Shown: positions 1-9,668 of the stretch, piece after piece | Position numbering within the stretch: position 1 is the first letter of the stretch | How the letters are laid out: every line of letters starts with the position of its first letter | Source of the DNA: a virus | Lineage: Duplodnaviria > Heunggongvirae > Uroviricota > Caudoviricetes | Direction: 5' to 3' (one strand) | Virus record (IMG/VR): IMGVR_UViG_2737471818_000001 | DNA: 32,870 bases | Translations under genes and position numbers: made by a program | Notes under the pieces: generated by a model | What the model was told of the DNA's origin: nothing | Seen by the model: only the letters and a program-made list of their open reading frames with translations | Database searches by the model: none

Positions 1-261
1 ATGTCTATCAGTGAAAATGATATTGCTGTTGGTGGAGTATACAAAACCCCTGGAAACCAAGAGCGCGTGGTTCTAGCAATGGAGGATGGAAAAGTTAAAT
101 ACGCTTCTCGTGGAGGAAACGTTCAGAATCAATTCGATCGCATGGATAAATGCGAACCGGCTAGATTTGCGAATGCTTGTTCTTCAAGGATTGCTGATTT
201 GCCTAAAGAAAAATTTGAAGAAATCCAAACTCTTTTTAAAAGTAGAGGATTAATTAGTTAG
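1..261 (+). CDS. hypothetical protein, 86 aa, low GC; lies outside the prophage on the ogr side
   Basis: Complete ORF in the track beginning at base 1; AT-rich codon usage unlike the phage backbone; no recognisable motif. Confidence 0.35.
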   Translation: MSISENDIAVGGVYKTPGNQERVVLAMEDGKVKYASRGGNVQNQFDRMDKCEPARFANACSSRIADLPKEKFEEIQTLFKSRGLIS

Positions 262-458
262 TTTTCTATGTATCCAACTTGACGGATATCAGGGTTTTAT
301 ACCTGTAATCTAATAAGTTAAAATTAATGATGAACAATTCAGTTTTTTTTAGTTCTGCTCTCCAAGCATTAAGACTCCGTGAATGATTGTGATGCTTGCC
401 TTGAATGCTTCAATGAAGTAAAAGCGCGAAGCTCAGCACCACAGTTAGAAATACGAAA

Positions 459-485
459 GCCTCGCAATTGCGGGGCTTTTCTTTT
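459..485. terminator. Hairpin (GCCTCGC AATT GCGGGGC) followed by a T-run, immediately downstream of ogr; also the candidate attL core
   Basis: Inverted repeat 459-476 then TTTTCTTTT at 477-485; the ogr stop codon is at 489-491 on the minus strand. Confidence 0.5.
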
Positions 486-488
486 GAC

Positions 489-710
489 TCACAGCCAGGG
501 CATTTGATGCTGACCGGACACTGTCGGGTGTGGTGGAGCCGGTACGACTTCCCCCGGCGAAACGATGAAACGCTCAACGGTTTCTGTCGTGACAAAAGTA
601 CAACTGCAGTTGATGTTTGTGCACTGATGATACCGCTCTTTTGTGGTATCAGAAAAATAGCGACTCGTGCGGGCATGGGCGGCGTAATGGCATTTCGGGC
701 AGTGAAACAT
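489..710 (-). CDS. ogr: Ogr late-gene activator, zinc-finger protein, 73 aa from the ATG at 708-710
   Basis: Translation MFHCPKCHYAAHARTSRYFSDTTKERYHQCTNINCSCTF has the Cys4 pattern and close similarity to P2 Ogr as recalled; located downstream of D as in P2. Confidence 0.85.
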   Translation of the reverse strand: MFHCPKCHYAAHARTSRYFSDTTKERYHQCTNINCSCTFVTTETVERFIVSPGEVVPAPPHPTVSGQHQMPWL

Positions 711-785
711 GATGAGCACCTCTGAGCGTTTTCAATACAGTAATATTAATCATTTTAACCTTATAAAACAAACACATATAGTAAA

Positions 786-1955
786 TTACTGCGCTATTTC
801 CTCGCTCTCATACTCCACATCAGAAACCTTAACCTCAAGCTCTAAGCCCGTCGTGAAGCCGCTCCCGTTAAGGCTGTGCACCACACGGCTGATTATCCAT
901 GCCTGCTCGTCTATCACGCGCTTAAAGCCTTTCACGGCCACCGGCGTTTCAGGAAATAAATCAGCCCGGCCAGTGGCAAGCGTAATGGAAAATTCCGCCA
1001 CGCCCCGCTGTATCTTGTCCCACTTTGCCTGAGCCGCACGCATGGCCTGCGCCTTTGTGGCATAGATGGTCGTGAGTTCAAGAACGTTGTCAGACTCTCC
1101 GGCCATGTACTCACCTTCCCGCGCTTCCTGCTCTTTTTTCTTCTTGGCCTTTACTGATGTTTTGGTGGCTTTCGGGTGCTGCAGCGCGCGCAGGTGCTGC
1201 TCTTTGGGTTTACGTTTGAGCTTCACCTTCTGCTTTTGTGGTTTCGGGTCTCTGGTATGCAACCATTTCGCCGTCACGCCGGTGTACGCCTCCCGGTCTG
1301 CAATGGCGAACTGATGGCGGTCGCCGTCCCCACGCTCGACGGTCATTTGGGGGATCGGCTTACCACTGGCCGTCATCGCACTACCGGCTTTCAGGAATAA
1401 TAACTTCCCGGCTTTCACCGACACGGATGCACCATTACGCTCAGCAAGTCGGGACAAAAACGCCGCGTCGGATTCCTGCGTCTGGTCGATATGGGGAATG
1501 GCGATAGCTTTCAGGGAGTCAGCAACACTGGCCGTCAGCTTATTACGCTGCGCGATGGTCTCCACAATCACCCCGAGCGTGGTGTCGTGCCATGACTGCT
1601 CGCGCCGCGAGTTTAGCGAGCCGCGAAAATCTGCACTACGTCCCCGGATGGTCAGCGTATCAGGCGCGCCCCGGTGCTCGATTTCATCAACCGTGAAACT
1701 CCCCTTGTTGACCAGTGCGGATCCCTGCCAGCCCAGCCACAGCGTCAGCGATGCCCCGCGCGGCGGCAACTCGACCAGCCCGTCGGTATCATCGAGCGCA
1801 ATATCGAGCTGGTCAGCCTCAAATCCGCGATTGTCGGTCATGGTCAGGCCGATGAGCCGGTCGCTGAAATTCTGCGTGATATCCGCCCCGTCCAGCGTGA
1901 GCATATACGCAGGAGCAACACGCGCCCCGGCCTGAATATTCATTCCCGTTATCAT
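786..1955 (-). CDS. D: Tail protein D (late control gene D), about 389 aa
   Basis: Similarity to P2 gpD as recalled; start taken at MITGMNIQAG (ATG 1953-1955), overlapping the U stop in an ATGA arrangement. Confidence 0.85.
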   Translation of the reverse strand: MITGMNIQAGARVAPAYMLTLDGADITQNFSDRLIGLTMTDNRGFEADQLDIALDDTDGLVELPPRGASLTLWLGWQGSALVNKGSFTVDEIEHRGAPDTLTIRGRSADFRGSLNSRREQSWHDTTLGVIVETIAQRNKLTASVADSLKAIAIPHIDQTQESDAAFLSRLAERNGASVSVKAGKLLFLKAGSAMTASGKPIPQMTVERGDGDRHQFAIADREAYTGVTAKWLHTRDPKPQKQKVKLKRKPKEQHLRALQHPKATKTSVKAKKKKEQEAREGEYMAGESDNVLELTTIYATKAQAMRAAQAKWDKIQRGVAEFSITLATGRADLFPETPVAVKGFKRVIDEQAWIISRVVHSLNGSGFTTGLELEVKVSDVEYESEEIAQ

Positions 1956-2416
1956 CCTGCCAGCCCTCCCGCCCATTCACCGGCAGACGTGACCAGATTA
2001 TCCGCCTGCGTTTTCAGGTCGCCATACATGGCCGCGAGCGACTCGTCGACGCGTTTCAGGGACAAAGTGAACTCGATTTTTCTCGCTGCGCCATCGCTGA
2101 AAAGCTCGGTGTGGTTATGAGTCACTTTATCGATAACGTACATCCCGTGGATCATGCCGGTTCCGTCAATCAGCGGCCACGCACGCCCCTCGTCGGCCAT
2201 CAGTTCGATGGCCTGCAACGACAGACGGCCGCCGGTGATTTCAGGGTAAAGCGTCCCCGACAGGGTGCGCGAGGTCTCCCCCTCCCCGAGAAACTGATAA
2301 GCCGGTCGTTTGCCGATACGGTCATTGGACACCCACCGGTAGTCCTTCGAATACTGCATTGACTGATGCGGCAGGGTGCGCCGTTCAAACACAAAAAATC
2401 CCAGCACCATTAACAT
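1952..2416 (-). CDS. U: Tail protein U, 154 aa
   Basis: N-terminus MLMVLGFFVF resembles P2 gpU as recalled; lies between T and D as in P2. Confidence 0.85.
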   Translation of the reverse strand: MLMVLGFFVFERRTLPHQSMQYSKDYRWVSNDRIGKRPAYQFLGEGETSRTLSGTLYPEITGGRLSLQAIELMADEGRAWPLIDGTGMIHGMYVIDKVTHNHTELFSDGAARKIEFTLSLKRVDESLAAMYGDLKTQADNLVTSAGEWAGGLAG

Positions 2417-2429
2417 TTTGCCCCCTCTC

Positions 2430-4871
2430 TCAGTCGAGTCTCATGTTGGATCGCTGACGCGCGCGCTTTTCACGGTCAAGTTTGTCAACGGCGTCGCGGA
2501 GCTGACGGTCAAGGTCGCCACCCGGCGCAACGCCACCCTGCAGAGTGATGTTGTATTCGCTTTTGCTCTGGTCGATATAAGAGCGACCTGCAGGCGCAGT
2601 GACCGGCTGATACGCCTGATACCCGCCATAACTCGCTGTCGCGGGGATATACCCGCCACCCGATGAAACCTTATCCGCTTTGGCTGCAGTCTGGTCGAGG
2701 TCGGTCGATTCTTTTTTGATAACGCCGAGTTTCTCCAGCAGCCAGTCAACCTTGCCGCTCAGGCTGTTAAACAGGTTGAGCGGCGTCAACAGCGCATCAG
2801 CCAGCGCCTGACCAAACGCCACGCCGACATTTTTGCAACTGTCGAGCGTGTCCTGCGTGGCTTTCACCGGTGCAAGCAGGTCTTTAAACCACTGGCAGAC
2901 AACGCCCAGCTTTTCCGCAATGGCATCAAACACCGGTGCAAGCGGGGAAAACATCGCCCCCACCGGGGCAAAGGCGGCTTTCAGTCCCTCCACCACACCC
3001 GAGAAAAATGCGCCAATCGGCTCCCAGTATTTACGGATAAGCAGCGCCCCGGCCACCACCGCCCCGGCAACCGCCAGCACCGGCAGGCTGATTGCACCAA
3101 TGGCCGTGACAATCGCGCCGCCGACCGTACTGAAAACCACCCCGAGCACGCCAGCCGCCGCAATGATGGCATTAATCCCCATCACCACCGGCCATGCGAT
3201 AAGGCCAATCCCGCCCATCACACCAATAAGCGCCAGCGCACCCCCGACCACCACGCCGAGGGTGGTCGCCAGCCCCTTATTTTTCTGGATCCAGCCGTCG
3301 AGTCTGAGCACATACTGCGTGGCCGTCTGCGTCAGCTTACGCAGTGAGCCCTCCTGCTGGTCAAACAGGTCAGTCCCGACCGCCTCATAGGCTGACTGAA
3401 ATTCTTTGAAGTCGCCGCCGAGGTTATCCTGCATAACCTTAACCAGTTCCTCAGTCTTGCCGTCCGAGGCTTTAAACGCGGCGGTGAGCTTATCGAGCTT
3501 GCCGGTTGAGGCCGCCGTCATCAGCACAGCGGCCGCCGAGCTGGCTTCCTCCCCGAAAATGGTTTTCATGTATTCCGCGCGCTGACCCGTCCCGAGATTA
3601 TTTTTCTCAAAACTGCGCTGCATTTCTTTCAGGATGGAAAATATCGGGCGCGTGTTACCTTTGCTGTCGGAGGTTTTCACCCCGAGCTCTTTGATGGCGT
3701 CATAGGCTTTGCCGGTCGGTGCCTGCAGGCGACTCATGACAGCACGGCTTCCCGTTCCCGCCATCGAGCCGGTGATTTTGGAGTCATGCAGCGCCCCCAC
3801 CATCGCGGCGGTTTCCTCGATACTTACCCCGGCATTTTTCGCCACCGGCGCGGCATAGGTCAGCGCATCGCTCATCCCGTCAAAATCGGCGGCGGTTTTG
3901 TTCATCGTCATCGAGAGAACATCACCAATATGCGCGACCTTGTCGTTTGAAAGCTGAAACGCTGATTTCATCCCGGTCAGCAGCGCGGCGTTCTCTTCCA
4001 TCGTGCGCCTGTTGGACAGCGCCATATTCAGCGTCACCGGCGTCGCCGCCTGAATGGCCGCCGCATCCCCGCCGCTTTTGGCGATAATAATCTGCGCCCC
4101 CGCCGCATCATCGGCAGAGGCCGCCGTATTGTCCCCGAGCTGGCGCGCCTGTTTGCGCAGCGCCTGCATTTCAGGTGACTGTTTGTCGACACCGAGTACC
4201 GCCTGCAGCTCTGAGTTCTTCTGCGCAAACGCATAGCCCGGCGTCAGCAGCTTAACCCCGGCCATCGTTCCCGCCGTCGCAATACCGACACCGGCAGCGC
4301 CCGCCGCCGCCGCGTTACCGGCCAGTGATTTACCGGCCTGATACCGTTCTTTCACCCGGCTTAACTTCGCCTGCTGTGCGCTGACTTTCGCCAGTGCCTC
4401 GCGCTGACAGTTAAGCTGCGCGGTGGTTTCAGCGATGCGGGATTTAAGCCCCCGCTCATCATTTGCCAGATTACGGGTATTAATTCCCACCGCACCGAGC
4501 TCGCGCTGCTGGCGCTTTATGGACTCCGTGAGGCTGTTGTATTTCGTCTGCAGCCCTTCGGCGGCACGCTTCGCGGATTCAAGCACCTGCGCCTGCGCAC
4601 GCGTCGGGCGCTCCGTATTTTTAAACTGCGTGGCGAGTGCTTCGGCTTCCTGTTTCGCTTTATCAAGTGCGTGGCCGGTCACGGCAAGCTGTGCGCTGGC
4701 TATTCGGAATCCGTCGATACGGGAAGCCTGCGCATTCAGCTCGCGGAGGCTTTTCTGCGAGGTGCGGATATCACCGGACAGGGATTTGCTGGCGTTCTGA
4801 ATGGCTTTGAGCGGTCGGCTTGCCCGGTCGACGGCATTCAGCAGCACCTCGATTCTGACGTTATTGCTCAT
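2430..4871 (-). CDS. T: Tail tape measure protein T, 813 aa
   Basis: Long protein with a coiled-coil N-terminal half, Gly/Ala-rich hydrophobic core segments and P2 gpT-like length and position. Confidence 0.9.
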   Translation of the reverse strand: MSNNVRIEVLLNAVDRASRPLKAIQNASKSLSGDIRTSQKSLRELNAQASRIDGFRIASAQLAVTGHALDKAKQEAEALATQFKNTERPTRAQAQVLESAKRAAEGLQTKYNSLTESIKRQQRELGAVGINTRNLANDERGLKSRIAETTAQLNCQREALAKVSAQQAKLSRVKERYQAGKSLAGNAAAAGAAGVGIATAGTMAGVKLLTPGYAFAQKNSELQAVLGVDKQSPEMQALRKQARQLGDNTAASADDAAGAQIIIAKSGGDAAAIQAATPVTLNMALSNRRTMEENAALLTGMKSAFQLSNDKVAHIGDVLSMTMNKTAADFDGMSDALTYAAPVAKNAGVSIEETAAMVGALHDSKITGSMAGTGSRAVMSRLQAPTGKAYDAIKELGVKTSDSKGNTRPIFSILKEMQRSFEKNNLGTGQRAEYMKTIFGEEASSAAAVLMTAASTGKLDKLTAAFKASDGKTEELVKVMQDNLGGDFKEFQSAYEAVGTDLFDQQEGSLRKLTQTATQYVLRLDGWIQKNKGLATTLGVVVGGALALIGVMGGIGLIAWPVVMGINAIIAAAGVLGVVFSTVGGAIVTAIGAISLPVLAVAGAVVAGALLIRKYWEPIGAFFSGVVEGLKAAFAPVGAMFSPLAPVFDAIAEKLGVVCQWFKDLLAPVKATQDTLDSCKNVGVAFGQALADALLTPLNLFNSLSGKVDWLLEKLGVIKKESTDLDQTAAKADKVSSGGGYIPATASYGGYQAYQPVTAPAGRSYIDQSKSEYNITLQGGVAPGGDLDRQLRDAVDKLDREKRARQRSNMRLD

Positions 4872-5342
4872 GATGGTTTCCGCTTCGTTGCAGCGCCTTG
4901 TCGCGCCATGTCAGGAGCTCGGTCACACTCAGGGAATGTAACTCTGATGGCGGCCAGTGGAAAATCACCGCGATATCCGCCATCAGGTCATCGACCGACA
5001 GGTTTTTCGGAAAGGTCAGCGACCCGAAGCAGGCGACAAAAAACCGACCACCTTCCCGGCCAGCGAAATCAGATCAGACGCATCGAGACGCGTGACCTCG
5101 TGCTCAGTCAGGGCGGGATACGTCATGCGCGGCAGCACTTTAATCAGCGCATCAACGTCAGAATTCGCCAGCGAGGCCAGCGACACCCCGCGCAGGGTTC
5201 CGGCATTCGGTTTGGTCAGCGTGACCTGTTCAATTTTCTGCTCACCGCGCATCAGTGGGGTGTCAAAAATCACCACATTCGGATTGACGGTTTCAGTGTC
5301 AGTAACGGCAGTTTCATTGATATTTTTCATGGGTATTCTCAT
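4861..5342 (-). CDS. E': E+E' fusion product made by a programmed -1 frameshift at TTTTTTG (5037-5043)
   Basis: Slippery heptamer lies in the E frame (GGT TTT TTG); the -1 frame continues ...FHWPPSELHSLSVTELLTWRDKALQRSGNHHEQ to a TAA at 4861-4863 overlapping the T start, the P2 E/E' arrangement. Confidence 0.65.
5016..5342 (-). CDS. E: Tail assembly chaperone E (zero-frame product); start at 5342 or the internal ATG at 5330
   Basis: MKNINETAVTDTETVNPNVVIFDTPLMRGEQKIEQVTL resembles P2 gpE as recalled; sits directly upstream of T. Confidence 0.8.
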   Translation of the reverse strand: MRIPMKNINETAVTDTETVNPNVVIFDTPLMRGEQKIEQVTLTKPNAGTLRGVSLASLANSDVDALIKVLPRMTYPALTEHEVTRLDASDLISLAGKVVGFLSPASGR

Positions 5343-5383
5343 CAGGAAAAGTGACCGGCCAGCCTCACTGACCGGGTAAGGGA

Positions 5384-5902
5384 TTACAGGCCAATCGCCC
5401 GGCGGTGCTCCGCCAGACGGTCGACGCCGTCGACTTTCAGCACCATGTTAACGACGTCAATCTCGATGACTTCGCGGCCATCAATCGTGAGCTGGTAATA
5501 GGCACACTCAGTCGACATTTTGGTCGTGCCGCTTTCGCCCTGCTTGTTCTCACCGCCGTCATACTCTTTGTGACGGCCACGCATCACCACCTCGACGGCA
5601 GAAATCGCGCCGGTGTCATCACGCTGGAAAGAGCCGGTAAAGCGCAGCGGCACGCTGTCAGCCCCCGGCGAGGCATACTGCGCCCACAGCTCAACGTCGG
5701 GCAGACCGCCGAGCGTCCACTCCAGCGACAGCGCATCGTCATCGAGGCCGAGGTCAATCGACACCGCGCCCGGCATTCCACCGCCGCGATATTTCTCCAG
5801 CTTGCGGGTCAGCTTTGGCAGGGTGACGGACTCAACGACGCCCATGTAGCTGAGGCCATCGTTGAACATATTCAGATATTTAAGTTTGCGGGGTAACGCC
5901 AT
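5384..5902 (-). CDS. FII: Tail tube protein FII, 172 aa
   Basis: Similarity to P2 gpFII as recalled; position between FI and E. Confidence 0.9.
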   Translation of the reverse strand: MALPRKLKYLNMFNDGLSYMGVVESVTLPKLTRKLEKYRGGGMPGAVSIDLGLDDDALSLEWTLGGLPDVELWAQYASPGADSVPLRFTGSFQRDDTGAISAVEVVMRGRHKEYDGGENKQGESGTTKMSTECAYYQLTIDGREVIEIDVVNMVLKVDGVDRLAEHRRAIGL

Positions 5903-5914
5903 GCTCTGAGCTCC

Positions 5915-7108
5915 TTAGCTGTTGACCGAGTCCGACAGGTTCGCCAGATAGGTGTCGGTGATGCGCTGGCGCAGGGTCAGGTTTTCCAGCGGCGGGACGG
6001 GGGTGTAGTCATAATCGATATACAGCTTCCCGACTTTCAGGGTCGCTGTCTCGTTTGACTCCGGGTCATACCAGCAGGAGCCGTCAACGATATACCCGTT
6101 ATTTTTCAGCTCGCGGAATTTGGCATTGATGCCCGATACAATGTCGCGAATCAGGGTCGGGGTGATGGGCTTATCCATCGCCCACGCATGCGCATCCGCC
6201 ATCGTGTCGGCCAGCACCTGCGCGGTGCGGGTGTAGTTCTCATACAGGAAAAGCGGGTCATCTGAGCAGGTGCGGTTTCCCCAAAACTTGAAACCGTCAT
6301 TGCGGATAAGCGTGGTAACACCGGCTTTGTTAAGCAGGTTGGCGTCGGTCGCGGGTTCCTGCAAATCCCACGACACCGAGGCACTGACGCCGGTGACGCC
6401 ATTCACGCCGACGTTTGACAGGGTTTTATGCCAGCCGACGGTCTGGTCAATTTTGGCACGCAGGCCGAGCGCGCGCGCCGTTGCCCAGGCTGTCGCAGTC
6501 TCATTCGCCGTGGTGTCCCATGCCAGAAAATCAGGGAAGATAACCATCAGCTCACGCTGGCTGAAATTCTCGCGGTAGTTGATGGCATCAGAAATGGTTT
6601 TACAGCCCCACGCACTGACATAGCCAAAGGCGCGCAGGCTCTGGCAGGTGGACGCGAGCGCCGTTGCCACTTCCTGCGGATCAAGACCCGGCACGCCGAG
6701 AATGCGCGGCTTCACGCCGGTGACGGTCTGCGCCGTCAGCAGCGCTTTCAGGCCGGTGTATTTGCCGTTTTCATCGGTCGTGCCGATGATGTTGGAAATA
6801 GTTTGTTTCTTCCCGGCCTCCGGGTCGTCCGGGTCTTCTGCGCCTTCGGCCACGCGCACGGCCACAATGACCGGTTTGCACTGGTCAGCGATGGCCTGCA
6901 GGGATATCGACAACGACCCCTTTTTGCCCGCCTTACCGATAGCACTTTGTACGTTAGTGATGAGCACTGGCTCATTGAGGGGAAATGTCTTTTCGTCAGC
7001 ATCGCTGGCCGTGCAGACCATGCCGATGATGGCCGTTGAGACGGTGGAAATGGTGCGCACGCCATCGTCAATTTCGATGACCTCTACGCCATGATGAAAA
7101 TCACTCAT
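5915..7108 (-). CDS. FI: Contractile tail sheath protein FI, 397 aa
   Basis: N-terminus MSDFHHGVEVIEIDDGVRTISTVSTAIIGMV and length match P2 gpFI as recalled. Confidence 0.9.
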   Translation of the reverse strand: MSDFHHGVEVIEIDDGVRTISTVSTAIIGMVCTASDADEKTFPLNEPVLITNVQSAIGKAGKKGSLSISLQAIADQCKPVIVAVRVAEGAEDPDDPEAGKKQTISNIIGTTDENGKYTGLKALLTAQTVTGVKPRILGVPGLDPQEVATALASTCQSLRAFGYVSAWGCKTISDAINYRENFSQRELMVIFPDFLAWDTTANETATAWATARALGLRAKIDQTVGWHKTLSNVGVNGVTGVSASVSWDLQEPATDANLLNKAGVTTLIRNDGFKFWGNRTCSDDPLFLYENYTRTAQVLADTMADAHAWAMDKPITPTLIRDIVSGINAKFRELKNNGYIVDGSCWYDPESNETATLKVGKLYIDYDYTPVPPLENLTLRQRITDTYLANLSDSVNS

Positions 7109-7169
7109 CCGTTTAACTCCGTGGTTAAGGGTGAGTGTATTTTCTGTTGTGTGGTGATGGCGGGCTATT

Positions 7170-7194
7170 TGTCAGGGTTGGATAAGGTCTGACA
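7170..7194 (-). promoter_or_regulatory. Candidate Ogr-dependent late promoter element (PF), dyad TGTCAG-N13-CTGACA
   Basis: Perfect 6-bp inverted repeat about 60-85 bp upstream of the FI start codon; P2 late promoters carry a TGT...ACA dyad near -55. Confidence 0.4.
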
Positions 7195-7244
7195 CAACCG
7201 GGGAGCAGGAAAGCGCGGGCAACCGCCCGCCTGAATTACACTGG

Positions 7245-7823
7245 TTATGCGGGCAGTTCCGGCCATGTGATATCGGGGGCATCTTCGGGTTTGACTCTGT
7301 TGAGCATGACCCGATATTTTTTCCATTCATTAAGCGCGGTCGCTTCGTCTTCCGTTGCCATATCCAGATCAACGGCATCCTGCAGGGGGGCAATAGCCGA
7401 TGTTGCAATCATCAGCAGGTTTGATTTTTCCTGCGCCGCCTGCCCCTGACGAAATGTTTTTTCCGCTTCGGCATCGTGGATCCACTTAGCGCCATCCCAT
7501 TTTACATACTCCCCGTCAGGAGCAACCGACACAACGTTATCAGGCAGAGCGCCAAGTTTTTCAATAACAGCGGGCTTACCGGTGCTGATGTCATAGACGG
7601 TTGTCCCGCGGTAGTCCTCCACCCGCGACCATTTATTAGCCTGAGCATCGAAAACAGCCACAAAACCTGCCGTCACTTTTGGGGGCGCGATATCGGTACT
7701 GTAAGCAGGCAAGCCCGTATTAGCAGGGATAAACCCATCAGATTTCCCAATAAATTCATTTGTATCTGAACGAAGGTTATAAAGAATAATTGTCCGGTTT
7801 TCTCCGGTCATTTCAAAAGCCAT
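7245..7823 (-). CDS. G: Tail fiber assembly protein (Tfa), 192 aa
   Basis: Immediately downstream of tail fiber H with a 1-nt start/stop overlap; size and position of P2 gpG. Confidence 0.8.
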   Translation of the reverse strand: MAFEMTGENRTIILYNLRSDTNEFIGKSDGFIPANTGLPAYSTDIAPPKVTAGFVAVFDAQANKWSRVEDYRGTTVYDISTGKPAVIEKLGALPDNVVSVAPDGEYVKWDGAKWIHDAEAEKTFRQGQAAQEKSNLLMIATSAIAPLQDAVDLDMATEDEATALNEWKKYRVMLNRVKPEDAPDITWPELPA

Positions 7824-9658
7824 TATGCAAGCCTCACAATGTAGTTAAACGCAATATTTTTAACGGTGTTTTCTGTATTCCCGGTTGCATGAACGGTCGC
7901 TGTATGTCCGTGATACCCCATAACCACATAATGGTTATGCTCACCGATACCAACCCAGTGATCATGGGGACCAATCCACGTAACATGTGCATGATTACCA
8001 CTCCCCTCAATGCGATCCCCGGCTGACCACGAAATATTCGACGAGTGCATCCCCAGCCCTGAGCCAGGAGTATCCCGGTATGCAGACGTAGCACAATAAC
8101 GAAAGTTATGTACGTGCCATCCCCCCTCAGTGGAGGACTTATTGCCGTAGTCAAAACTGGTTGTTGGTTTTGAACCATAATCAAAAGAGTTGGTATATTT
8201 CGTTCCCAAATCGGTATCGGAAATACTGGCTGTGTGAGCGTGCGATTTAATACCGTCCTGTTCATACGAGAGTACCGCTCGTCCGTCCGGCTTGCCCTTT
8301 ATCGTCTGACCACGCATATCCGGGATAACACCAGAGGGATACGCTACAGCAAGCAATGGATATGCAGATTTATCAAATGACTGCCCCTGCATTAAGGCGT
8401 GAGCGGGTGGAACGGTATCGGATGGCCACGGAATCGGCGCACCGACAGGAAAAGCATCATCGGGTGTCCACGTCGTCCACGGCTGCGTGGAATATTTGCT
8501 CCGCGAATAGCTTCGGGAACTGCTGTACACGCGATAAACCTGCGTTATCCCTGCGCCCTTTAACACCATCAGCGAACCGGCATTATTTTCCGGGTAATGC
8601 AGCGCAGCACTGGTATTGGCATTTGCAGGCTGAAAATACAGACCCGGCGTCTGGTAATTATCCAGATTCTGGTCAGCACCAAGCTCGATGCACTGACCGT
8701 CAAAAATATCCTGTGACGTGACGCTGATATCACCGGCCAGCGAATGTCCGTTAACTTTTCGCTCAGACGGGACGCGACCATTCGCATTATCATTCACCGC
8801 CTTAACCGCTTTCGGTGTCGCGGCGAGGGTCTCAGATGTGCTGTCGGTGGCGCTGCTCAGTTTCACCAGACCTTTCTGCGCCGTGCTCGCGTCCTGAGCC
8901 GTATATTTACCATTAGCAAGGTCATACGCCGTCTTAACCGCTTTCGGCGTCGCGGCGAGCGCCTCAGACGTGCTGTCGGTGGCGCTGCTGAGCTGCACCA
9001 GACCTTTCTGCGCCGTGCTCGCGTCCTGAGCCGTATATTTACCACTGGCAAGGTCATAGGCCGCCTTAACTGCCTTTGGCGTCGCTGCGAGGCTCTCAGA
9101 CGTGCTGTCGGTTGCGCTACTGAGTTGCACAAAGCCTTTTTCTTTCAGCGTGGCGTCAGGATGATTGCGGGACCGCTCATGCTCAGCCAGTTTATCGTCG
9201 ACATAATCCTGCGTGGCCATCACCGTTGTCGCATCAATGGACAGCTCCACCGAGGCGATACTGCTGACAATAATCACCATGCGACAGGTCTGCGCACGCC
9301 CCGAGCCCTCCGCCAGCTCCGGCTTGTAGCTCTCCGCCATATTGGCAACGGCAATCAGCGTGCCTGCGTCATCATACAGACCCAGCTCACGCATCCAGAA
9401 GCCGCCCACCTCAGGAGGAATGACCAGCTCTGCCACGATATAATTTTTATTTTTGTTATCCTGGCTGATTTTATTCAGCGCATGACGCCAGACTTCATTG
9501 ATGAGCTTTACCTGCCCGACGTTCGGCTCCGGCAGTGCGCCGCCGCCATCACCGACGGCCATCGCGGTAAGGTTCACTTTTTTACCACCCGGCACCGTCG
9601 CCGCCGCCAGTTTTGCAGCTCCGGCGGTGGTAATAATTGTTTTAAATTTCGTGCTCAT
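7823..9658 (-). CDS. H: Tail fiber protein H, 611 aa, with internal tandem repeats and a His-rich C-terminal tip
   Basis: N-terminus resembles the P2 gpH baseplate-attachment region; central [19 protein letters not shown] repeats; C-terminal HxH motifs. Confidence 0.85.
   Translation of the reverse strand: MSTKFKTIITTAGAAKLAAATVPGGKKVNLTAMAVGDGGGALPEPNVGQVKLINEVWRHALNKISQDNKNKNYIVAELVIPPEVGGFWMRELGLYDDAGTLIAVANMAESYKPELAEGSGRAQTCRMVIIVSSIASVELSIDATTVMATQDYVDDKLAEHERSRNHPDATLKEKGFVQLSSATDSTSESLAATPKAVKAAYDLASGKYTAQDASTAQKGLVQLSSATDSTSEALAATPKAVKTAYDLANGKYTAQDASTAQKGLVKLSSATDSTSETLAATPKAVKAVNDNANGRVPSERKVNGHSLAGDISVTSQDIFDGQCIELGADQNLDNYQTPGLYFQPANANTSAALHYPENNAGSLMVLKGAGITQVYRVYSSSRSYSRSKYSTQPWTTWTPDDAFPVGAPIPWPSDTVPPAHALMQGQSFDKSAYPLLAVAYPSGVIPDMRGQTIKGKPDGRAVLSYEQDGIKSHAHTASISDTDLGTKYTNSFDYGSKPTTSFDYGNKSSTEGGWHVHNFRYCATSAYRDTPGSGLGMHSSNISWSAGDRIEGSGNHAHVTWIGPHDHWVGIGEHNHYVVMGYHGHTATVHATGNTENTVKNIAFNYIVRLA
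8795..9139. repeat. About 2.6 tandem copies of a 132-bp (44-aa) unit inside H
   Basis: Protein repeats [44 protein letters not shown] at residues 174-217, 218-261 and a partial third copy; the DNA repeat also generates the spurious plus-strand ORF 8744-9688. Confidence 0.8.
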
Positions 9659-9668
9659 TATTCCTCAC

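Noticed and set aside
410-725. ORFs 410-676 (minus) and 468-725 (plus) overlapping ogr
   Set aside because: They are alternative frames of the ogr region; only the frame with the Cys4 zinc-finger Ogr sequence is supported.
7109-7244. Possible cargo at the Z/fun locus between FI and G
   Set aside because: The intergenic gap is only ~136 bp and holds just the putative late promoter; no inserted gene is present here.
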